In this document: in pieces, positions 1 through 6,359 of the stretch
How the letters are laid out: every line of letters begins with the position of its first letter
Numbering within the stretch: the stretch's first letter is position 1
Assembly (NCBI GenBank): GCA_032161105.1
Contig: JAVHTD010000023.1
DNA from: Candidatus Thermosaccharophagus tengchongensis
GTDB taxonomy: Bacteria; Armatimonadota; Fervidibacteria; Fervidibacterales; Thermosaccharophagaceae
DNA length: 14,742 nt
Strand: one strand, 5' to 3'
Program-made: the position numbers and the translations under genes
The notes under the pieces: generated by a model
Databases searched by the model: none
The model's input: the letters and a program-made list of their open reading frames with translations, nothing else
Told to the model about the DNA's origin: nothing

Positions 1-506
1 GTGCGAGATTCACCAAATCCGCCTTTGATGCCAACTTCTGGAATATCGCCGCCAATGTAATCTGGGGCTAAGGTAACATAGCCTCGCTCCGCCAACTCTT
101 TCGCATAATGCAAATTCGGGTTTCCACCTAAACCTGCAGGTTCGTCTTTTCCAATTTGCGTTGTTTGGTGAAGGCAAAGCATTGCTGGCACTTTTCTGCG
201 ATTATTGAGCGCCACTTTGGGGATGAGTAGCCAAGCCATCAAGCGGTCATTCGGTTCGGGCGTCAGTGAGATTTTTCGCCGAATGAAGGTGCCAGCGTCG
301 TGTTCATCCACGATTTGAGCATTCAGTGGCACACGCTTTTCCTCATTTGGCAACTCACCCATGACAAGTTGCATATTCTCCAAAATGTGCCGCCTGCGAA
401 TCTTCCATTCTTCCACGCTGTGAATGGGGTGCAAATTCCCATGCTCATCGGCATAAAAGAGCAAATTGAACTTGTCGGCATAAAAAGGCGCAGTTGTGTT
501 TAACAT
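1..506 (-). CDS. Alpha/beta-fold hydrolase (dienelactone hydrolase / acetyl xylan esterase-like), 5' part; runs off the window edge
   Basis: Translated by hand; absent from the ORF track because no stop lies in the window. ATG at 506-504 follows an RBS-like GAGGGGGC. Open frame MLNTTAPFYADKFNLLFYADEHGNLHPIHSVEEWKIRRRHILENMQLVMGELP...AWLLIPK...KVPAMLCLHQTTQIGKDEPAGLGGNPNLHYAKELAERGYVTLAPDY. The PAxLCLH and ELAxRGYVxLAPD segments are typical N-terminal alpha/beta-hydrolase strands. The nucleophile GxSxG motif would lie beyond the window. Confidence 0.85.
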   Translation of the reverse strand, partial: MLNTTAPFYADKFNLLFYADEHGNLHPIHSVEEWKIRRRHILENMQLVMGELPNEEKRVPLNAQIVDEHDAGTFIRRKISLTPEPNDRLMAWLLIPKVALNNRRKVPAMLCLHQTTQIGKDEPAGLGGNPNLHYAKELAERGYVTLAPDYIGGDIPEVGIKGGFGESR

Positions 507-591
507 GCCCCCTCACTTCGCCGATGCAAAACTCATCCGCAAGATTTTCGGGCAGCTTAATGCACCTGTGTTCAGACATGTTGGTTTGGCA

Positions 592-1008
592 TCAATGATT
601 TTTCGCCTCTTGCCCAATTGCGTCAATTAGCCCAGTGAGGCTATGCAAATAGCCATTAAGTTGCTTCGCCGTTTCGTTATCCACTTTGCCGAAGCCTTTA
701 ATGCGGTGCGACTGACACTCCTCAAGGTTTGTCGCAATGTGGAGCAAGGTTACCGTCAAATGCCAACGCAAGTCCAAGGTTTCGGTCGGCAAATCAAAAT
801 CATCGCGCATTTCTCGCAAGCGCTCCTTGACCAAAGCCATTAACTCAAGCAACTTCGCACGCTGCTCATGCAGAAATGGGTTTTGGACTCTGCGAAAAAT
901 CGTGGTAGTTTCGTCCGATTGCAACCACGCCTCAAATTGCAATAAGTGCTCCTCCAGCTCCATTAACGCCGCTGCTAAAAACCGTTTTTGGTCATTGTTC
1001 AACGGCAT
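592..1008 (-). CDS. Hypothetical all-helical protein (138 aa)
   Basis: ATG preceded by GGTGA; amphipathic helical pattern; C-terminal LEExxxxRIKGFGKV segment. Same orientation as neighbours. Confidence 0.8.
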   Translation of the reverse strand: MPLNNDQKRFLAAALMELEEHLLQFEAWLQSDETTTIFRRVQNPFLHEQRAKLLELMALVKERLREMRDDFDLPTETLDLRWHLTVTLLHIATNLEECQSHRIKGFGKVDNETAKQLNGYLHSLTGLIDAIGQEAKNH

Positions 1009-1222
1009 TTGAGCTCACCATTGGTGGGGCAATTTTGATTGCAGCTGAAAACCTTCTCAAGCGCTTTTTGGTTTGCAGCTAAAGCCACACCCACTGCAAC
1101 TTTGCCGATTAACGAACGAATGATTACCTGCCACCCTCAAAGCCGCTTGCCAGCAAACCCTGTTGGCGCCTCGAGAATCGCCAGAGCGATTTTGGTCAAA
1201 AGGATGTTGGCTTGGGTCAGGC

Positions 1223-1266
1223 TCGGCAATGAAAAGTGCACGCGTGAATATGGTGAGCATTGCCGA
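1223..1266. terminator. Stem-loop just downstream of the metallophosphoesterase stop (possible terminator or 3' stabiliser)
   Basis: Perfect 9-bp inverted repeat TCGGCAATG (1223-1231) / CATTGCCGA (1258-1266), about 15 nt after the stop codon. The loop is long (26 nt) and no U-tract follows, so function is uncertain. Confidence 0.35.
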
Positions 1267-1281
1267 TGTAATGCCGTTGCT

Positions 1282-3231
1282 TCATTCACACCCAACTACC
1301 CATTTGCTCTCTCTCCAATCCCAAAGGCATGTGACTGCGATTTCGTTCAAGTCATAAAATTTGAAGCCCTCTGCCAGCTCAGTTAACTCACCAAAGGTGA
1401 ACTTTTCTCCCTCTCGCCTCACCCTGCGCAATGCATGGCACATTATCCCATCCGCTTCGCCAATCAATTCTACCAAAGCCAATTTGCTACCGTCACAACG
1501 CAGTTCAATCCGTTCGCCGCCAGCCACCTCTCCGAGCTTAAACTCACGAAATTCGCCCACCGCTAAACTGCCCACATCATGCTGTTGTTCACCGATGCGC
1601 ATCTTTGCATGCAGTGTTCCCTGCCTGCCTTCTAACGCCGTGAAAAAGCCACCCGCCTCTGGGAAGGCGAACAGGACGAACTGCACTGTTGCATCATCCA
1701 ACGGCTTGAGTGCTTTCAATCTCATTGTAAGCTTTGTTGCCCTGCGCGGCTTGCCATTGGGATGCGGAACATCAACTTCTGTCCTGCCTTCAACGCCCTC
1801 CCAGCGCCAAAAATTCAGTTTTGGCTCCTGCTCACCAAATGCGCTCTGAGCGCCCAAGTAGATGTGTCCTATCGCAGCTTGTAACGCTATAATTCCACCA
1901 TCACTCTCACCTTCAACCCAGTGTTGGCTTTCTATAACCCCATCGTCGTTCAATGCATCAACTTCCAATCGCACTCTCGTTCCCCTCGGCGCTTTTGCGA
2001 GCGCCATTATGATGATTTGTGTCCCATCACTGACTGTCCCTGCAATCCCAACTTTGCTTGGGTCAGGTTCAAAGCGAATGGGCATTGTGGCTTCCTTCAG
2101 CGTTACGAAATCTCGGTTGCGTGAGACATCCACTTGTTCAACCTTGTCAATGCCCAACCTTCGCCAGTCGCCATCGGCATCTAACCCTGCCGTTATGGAC
2201 AAATGTTGTCTTCCCTCAACGCCCCAAACTCTCAGCGTTGCGTTCCTCAGCCAGACTGCTGGGTTGAACCGAATGCTCATGTCACTCATTAGGAATGCGA
2301 GATGAACCTTTCCCGTCTCCGCCTCATCAAGCGTTGTTATGACCTTTCGCTCATTTAGTAACACCACCTCATCCATCCCAATCCTTCGCCTCATGATGCG
2401 CACCGCATCCTTTGCCAACTCAATGATGACATACCAATCGCCTTCGTAAGTCAGCTTGCCGTTATCTCTGGAGCTACCCTCCACGCCAACCTGCAACGCG
2501 TTGCCGATGAGCCGAAATGGGTGCGGACTATGGATGTGAGCATCACAGAATAGGATGACCTGAGGGAACTCACCGATCAATCTGCGAATGGCATCCGCCG
2601 TTTCACCACGCTCATCCAGCGTCCGATGTGAGAGGAAAACCGTTGTGCGGTTGGGATGGTCAACAAGCAATTGGCGCAGCCAGCGAATTTGCCAATCATG
2701 CCAGACATGGTTTTTGCCATTGTGTGTGACGACGAAAAGGATGCCTTGCAATGTAAATGCCCACGCAGTTGGCTGTCCAGTCGCAGCCTCAAAACGCGGT
2801 ATTGCACCGCGCATGAAAACAATTGGGTCTGGCGCTCCGCCAAACATCCGATGCCTTTGATTTAGGCGCACAGTGCAGCTCCTTCCCCACTCACCGAAAA
2901 ATTCATGGTCGCCACGCTGCCAAACAATCGGAACATCGCTTTTGACGCTCAGGCGCATCGTATTTGGGCTTGTGCCGTTAAAGTTGTCTCCGAGAAAAGC
3001 CACAAACTTACAGCCCATCTTCTCGGCATCGGAGAGCATACGCACAAGATAGTCCTCGGGGATGCGTTCAAAGTTGTGAATGTCGCCTTGTATGGCGAAG
3101 CGCAAGGTCGCGGTCACTTCCATATTGTCTCTCACCATGCCTATGGAAGTTCCATGCTGTGAAATCAGCAGCGCGATGCTTGCTGCACCCTGACTCACAA
3201 ATTGCCGCCTTGTGATTTTTTGCAGCTGCAC
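1282..3231 (-). CDS. Tat-exported calcineurin-like metallophosphoesterase with a large uncharacterised C-terminal region
   Basis: Twin-arginine signal ITRRQFVSQGAASIALLI. Metallophosphoesterase motifs in order: GDIH, GDNFN, RGDHE, FLSH, DAHIH. Start moved from TTG 3300 to GTG 3231, which has GGAG 8 nt upstream; GTG 3240 is an alternative. Confidence 0.8.
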   Translation of the reverse strand: MQLQKITRRQFVSQGAASIALLISQHGTSIGMVRDNMEVTATLRFAIQGDIHNFERIPEDYLVRMLSDAEKMGCKFVAFLGDNFNGTSPNTMRLSVKSDVPIVWQRGDHEFFGEWGRSCTVRLNQRHRMFGGAPDPIVFMRGAIPRFEAATGQPTAWAFTLQGILFVVTHNGKNHVWHDWQIRWLRQLLVDHPNRTTVFLSHRTLDERGETADAIRRLIGEFPQVILFCDAHIHSPHPFRLIGNALQVGVEGSSRDNGKLTYEGDWYVIIELAKDAVRIMRRRIGMDEVVLLNERKVITTLDEAETGKVHLAFLMSDMSIRFNPAVWLRNATLRVWGVEGRQHLSITAGLDADGDWRRLGIDKVEQVDVSRNRDFVTLKEATMPIRFEPDPSKVGIAGTVSDGTQIIIMALAKAPRGTRVRLEVDALNDDGVIESQHWVEGESDGGIIALQAAIGHIYLGAQSAFGEQEPKLNFWRWEGVEGRTEVDVPHPNGKPRRATKLTMRLKALKPLDDATVQFVLFAFPEAGGFFTALEGRQGTLHAKMRIGEQQHDVGSLAVGEFREFKLGEVAGGERIELRCDGSKLALVELIGEADGIMCHALRRVRREGEKFTFGELTELAEGFKFYDLNEIAVTCLWDWRESKWVVGCE

Positions 3232-3358
3232 CTTGCTCACTCCCGTTTCCCGCAAGATGCCGCTGTCGTAAATCGTGCTCGTCCTCAAAAAGCTCGTCAA
3301 GGGTATCTTCCTTTCGTCTTTGCGTGGGTTACGGTATCATCCCTTTACACCACTGCTG

Positions 3359-3387
3359 TTGATTTGGGTTACAAGTTGTGTCACTAT
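3359..3387 (+). promoter_or_regulatory. Candidate sigma70-type promoter for the lipoprotein-pncB unit
   Basis: TTGATT (3359-3364), 17-bp spacer, CACTAT (3382-3387) with an extended -10 TG at 3379-3380. Confidence 0.4.
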
Positions 3388-3474
3388 GAGTGTAGGGCGT
3401 GAGGCAGTAACCGCAATGCATTCGGATGCACCGCTGCAAATTAACGAAGGGCACATCTTTGAGGTTGGCTTGTG

Positions 3475-3528
3475 GAGGGATGGTGTGGCGAAACCGTTTT
3501 GTTTGTTAACGGTCGTTTCCCATCCCTT
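3475..3528 (+). promoter_or_regulatory. Long leader hairpin just upstream of the lipoprotein RBS
   Basis: AGGGATGG (3476-3483) pairs with CCATCCCT (3520-3527). Inner ACCGTT (3493-3498) pairs with AACGGT (3508-3513). Followed by U-rich GAATTTTGTT and then RBS GAGGTGA. Confidence 0.45.
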
Positions 3529-3551
3529 GAATTTTGTTGAGGTGATTGGCG

Positions 3552-4211
3552 ATGAGGATGCACACGGTTGCTTTTGTGTGCGCGATAGCAATAATGCTCG
3601 CATGCGCAAGCTTAATCGCAATCGGATGTGCGCGCCTGAGGAGGGTCAGTCCGAGTGAGGTCGTAACCAAGATGCCTCCAACATCAATCGTCCCACCAAT
3701 TGCGACGGTTGCTCCACCTGCAAGCCTCGTTGAAGCGCCTCCAGCTGAAGTTCCCGAAGTTGAAGTTGCGGAGGAGAAGCCAGCTAAGCCAGCCGTGTCT
3801 GAGGCGAAGGTCACAACGCAAGTTGAGCTAAGGGATGAGTTTAAGGTGTTGCATGGCTTGTTATCCGAACTGCAAGATGCCGTATCAAAGCCATCTCCAG
3901 AGAGGGTTGAAGCAATCTCATTGAGGGTGCTCGTCAGGCTCGCTCACATTGAAGTCAAAGCCCTTAAGCATCTGCACGAGACCAACGAGGCAGTGCGCAC
4001 GGGCGAGGTCGTTCAAGTGATGGATGAAATGCGCGCTAACCTTAGAGATGCACGCAGTGCCGTAAAGCGCGGGAGCGTGAAAGTGGCAAGCGCTACGATT
4101 AGTGAGATGATTGATAAGGCGAATGCTCTTGAAGAGATGCTCACAGGTGCTGCACAGGTGAAGGAGAACATCTCGCAGCCTGCTACCAAAGGATTGTCGG
4201 AAAAACATTGA
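3552..4211 (+). CDS. Putative lipoprotein with a Pro/Ala/Glu-rich linker and a helical C-terminal domain
   Basis: RBS GAGGTGA 6 nt before ATG 3552. Hydrophobic N-terminus ending in lipobox-like AIGC (Cys26). Linker PPTSIVPPIATVAPPASLVEAPPAEVPEVEVAEEKPAKP, then amphipathic helices. Confidence 0.75.
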   Translation: MRMHTVAFVCAIAIMLACASLIAIGCARLRRVSPSEVVTKMPPTSIVPPIATVAPPASLVEAPPAEVPEVEVAEEKPAKPAVSEAKVTTQVELRDEFKVLHGLLSELQDAVSKPSPERVEAISLRVLVRLAHIEVKALKHLHETNEAVRTGEVVQVMDEMRANLRDARSAVKRGSVKVASATISEMIDKANALEEMLTGAAQVKENISQPATKGLSEKH

Positions 4212-4252
4212 CTTTGAATGCAGCCGAACCGTGATAGTGAGGTGTGCGCTGT

Positions 4253-5422
4253 ATGGGCTTCAATGTCGCAAGCGATGAAGAAATACGCACGGGCAAAGTT
4301 ACGGATGTCTACTTTGTGCGCACAGTCAAGGTGCTTAAATCTGCCGGCATAAGAAAGCGCGTTGTAATGGAAGTCACAGCTTCAAGCTTGCCGAATGGAT
4401 ACAAATGGGCGGTGCTTGCTGGCGTTGACGAAGTTGTGCACTTGCTTGAGGGCAAGCCAGTAAATGTGGATTGCATTCCCGAAGGCTCAATCTTCCATGC
4501 CGGTGAGCCAGTTTTGAGGGTTGAGGCTGAATATACCGACTTCGCTATCTTTGAGACGCCGTTGCTCGGGTTGCTATGTCAAGCATCCGGTGTTGCGACA
4601 AAGGCTGCAAGGTGCAAGAAGGCTGCAGGTGAAAAGCTTGTTGTGAGCTTTGGGGCGAGAAGGATGCATCCAGCACTTGCGCCGATGATAGACAGAGCTG
4701 CGTTTATCGGCGGGTGCGATGGGGTGGCTGTCATCAAAAGCGCCGAGTTGCTCGGCATAGAGCCAGTTGGGACAATGCCGCATGCGTTGATAATCGTTGT
4801 CGGCGACATGGTTGAGGCGCTTTTACTGTTCGACAGGTTCGTTGAGTCGGATGTGCCTCGGACGGCATTGATAGACACATTTGCTGACGAGAAGTTTGAA
4901 GCGCTGCGCTCCGCTGAGGCTCTCGGCGAGAGGCTTTATGCCGTGCGGTTTGATACACCATCGTCGAGACGAGGCAATATGCGCGCTCTGCTTAAGGAAG
5001 TGCGTTGGGAACTTGACCTTCGTGGATACAAACATGTGAAGTTGTTCGTCAGCGGTGGCGTTGACGAGTATGAGATAAAGCGCCTGAACGAATTCGCCGA
5101 TGCATACGGCGTCGGCACTGCCATAAGCAATGCGCCAGTGATTAACTTCGCCATGGACATAGTTGAGGTTGATGGCAAGCCGTTGGCGAAGCGAGGGAAG
5201 ATGTCGGGCGCAAAAGATGTCTACCAGTGCCCCGAATGTTACCGGAGCATCGTCGTGCCATTAAACCGCCATCCGGAAAAGCTTTGCGAGTGCGGCAGCG
5301 AGTATGTGAAGCTAACTCAACCGCTCATGCGCAACGGAGAACTTGTCACCAAATTGCCCTCGCCACAGGAGATACGCCAACGCACACTGATGGCACTGGA
5401 AAGGGTTGAGGATGTTGAGTAA
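4253..5422 (+). CDS. pncB: Nicotinate phosphoribosyltransferase, short archaeal-type, with a C-terminal four-Cys zinc ribbon
   Basis: Motifs TDVYF, SFGARR, GTMPH (phospho-His), LIDTF, VRFDTPSSRRG, SGG, GVGT, KRGK; C-terminal CPEC...CECG. RBS GAGGTG 8 nt before ATG 4253. Confidence 0.93.
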   Translation: MGFNVASDEEIRTGKVTDVYFVRTVKVLKSAGIRKRVVMEVTASSLPNGYKWAVLAGVDEVVHLLEGKPVNVDCIPEGSIFHAGEPVLRVEAEYTDFAIFETPLLGLLCQASGVATKAARCKKAAGEKLVVSFGARRMHPALAPMIDRAAFIGGCDGVAVIKSAELLGIEPVGTMPHALIIVVGDMVEALLLFDRFVESDVPRTALIDTFADEKFEALRSAEALGERLYAVRFDTPSSRRGNMRALLKEVRWELDLRGYKHVKLFVSGGVDEYEIKRLNEFADAYGVGTAISNAPVINFAMDIVEVDGKPLAKRGKMSGAKDVYQCPECYRSIVVPLNRHPEKLCECGSEYVKLTQPLMRNGELVTKLPSPQEIRQRTLMALERVEDVE

Positions 5423-5440
5423 GAGCTGCCAAGCTTTTTC
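5421..5440 (+). terminator. Weak hairpin with U-tract after pncB
   Basis: AAGAGCT-GCCA-AGCTTTT followed by TC, between convergent genes. The stem is weak. Confidence 0.3.
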
Positions 5441-5537
5441 ATGCAGCACCTTCAACACTATTGCGCCCCCAACGGAGAGAAATGAGCGACGCAAGCATGT
5501 GACAGCTAAGCCCAGCAACCAAAGAGGATGGAGCACC

Positions 5538-5862
5538 CAGCTCAGTTGGCTCCCAAAACGGTGGCTTGTATAGCCAATAGATGCGCTCGTCCACTTGCCA
5601 GAAGCGCCAACCCCTTAAGTTCGCTGCAATCTTCCGATGCCAAATGATTTCCTGCCTCAAAATCCAGCGCGATTTGCTTACCCATTCGTAGGGGTGGATG
5701 AGCCGCCCCCGAACCCAACGAATCTTGTGGTTGTAAAACAAACTGCCGCCTGCCTTTGTGACCCGATATAGCTCATTAAGCACGGCAATCTGTTCAGATT
5801 GATACTCGGCTTCGTCCTTGCGGTCAATCGCTGCATCGTAAACAACTTTATCCACAACCATA
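5538..5862 (-). pseudogene. Internal fragment of a beta-class N4-cytosine/N6-adenine DNA methyltransferase
   Basis: VDKVVYD...EYQSEQIAVLNELYRVTKAGGSLFYNHK...WILRQEIIWHRKIAANLRGWRFWQVDERIYWLYKP matches the central part of N6_N4_Mtase proteins (ExxRVxKxGGS and RQEIIW segments). Catalytic motif IV (S/DPPY), the HPAxFP segment and the SAM-binding DPFxGSGTT are all absent. The frame drifts into unrelated sequence after about 5538. Confidence 0.8.
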
Positions 5863-5865
5863 GAC

Positions 5866-6127
5866 AACTTGCGCGGCTTGACTTCATAAGGCACGGTGCC
5901 TTTATAACCATTGTAGCCGATTTTGCTCGTGCGTGGTTTGCAACCAGCAATTTGCAGCACAGCCCATTCACGCAATGTAGACGAATTCTTGTCATTGGCA
6001 TAAAGCATCAAAAGTTCTTCCAACGCTGCTGCCAATTCTTGCGCTGTTTTTGCCTTGGCGGTGCGTCGGAAATCAGTGCGGTTGTGAAAAAAACGCGAAC
6101 CAATTCTTCCGTCTGTTCGCTAAACAC
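5866..6127 (-). pseudogene. Frameshifted, truncated N-terminus of a probable restriction endonuclease
   Basis: RBS AAAGGGGA then GTG at 6127. Adding one T to the T7 tract (plus-strand A7, 6087-6093) gives a continuous MFSEQTEELVRVFFHNRTDFRRTAKAKTAQELAAALEELLMLYANDKNSSTLREWAVLQIAGCKPRTSKIGYNGYKGTVPYEVKPR. GYNG...EVK resembles a PD-(D/E)xK core, and the fragment is fused to an MTase fragment. The endonuclease identity is inferred. Confidence 0.55.
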
Positions 6128-6230
6128 TTGACAATCCCCTTTCTCGCCCGAGTTTTTGCTTCAGTTGGCGCGCAATTTGTGTTTGCAAGTTTACAATTGC
6201 GGCTCCTGCAAAGCGCGAGTTGATCTAATT

Positions 6231-6259
6231 TTGACTCGCAGTAAAACTCGCGGCATAAT
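6231..6259 (+). promoter_or_regulatory. Sigma70-type promoter upstream of hisF
   Basis: TTGACT (6231-6236), 17-bp spacer, CATAAT (6254-6259); both hexamers are 5/6 consensus, about 100 nt before the hisF start. Confidence 0.7.
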
Positions 6260-6359
6260 CAGTTTGAGACTTCATCGGCGCATTTTTTTCGCTGGCTGCT
6301 ACAGTGCGGCGTTCCAACAGCGGTGTGGCAGTTTCGTTCACTTCAAGGGGGCGACAAAT

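Noticed and set aside
1044..1080. Imperfect inverted repeat AGCTGAAAACC / GGTTTGCAGCT upstream of the 138-aa gene
   Set aside because: One mismatch, a 16-nt loop and no supporting context; cannot be told from chance.
1137..1139. In-frame TGA as a possible selenocysteine codon
   Set aside because: No Cys-equivalent redox context and the frame itself is not established as coding.
3232..3300. TTG start at 3300 for the metallophosphoesterase
   Set aside because: It would place the twin-arginine motif about 30 residues in; GTG 3231 has a well-spaced GGAG and gives a normal Tat signal.
3355..3415. Resemblance to the c-di-AMP (ydaO) riboswitch (TTTGGG...GTAGGG...CAGTAACC)
   Set aside because: The conserved GCTGAA, GGAACC and CCCGxACCCGxCAGCTAAC blocks are missing; the similarity is only fragmentary.
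6128..6133. Perfect TTGACA hexamer on the + strand
   Set aside because: No -10 element at 16-18 bp; it lies in the RBS spacer of the minus-strand pseudogene.
6233..6243. GACT-CGC-AGTA resembling an R-M controller C-box
   Set aside because: Single imperfect box, explained by overlap with the hisF -35; no C-protein gene is present.
6156..6359. 68-aa N-terminal extension of HisF in the ORF track
   Set aside because: It spans the promoter at 6231-6259. HisF homology starts at GTG 6360, which has a good RBS.
6260..6359. His attenuator or T-box leader before hisF
   Set aside because: No His-codon-rich leader peptide, no T-box motif, and the leader is too short; only a modest hairpin is present.
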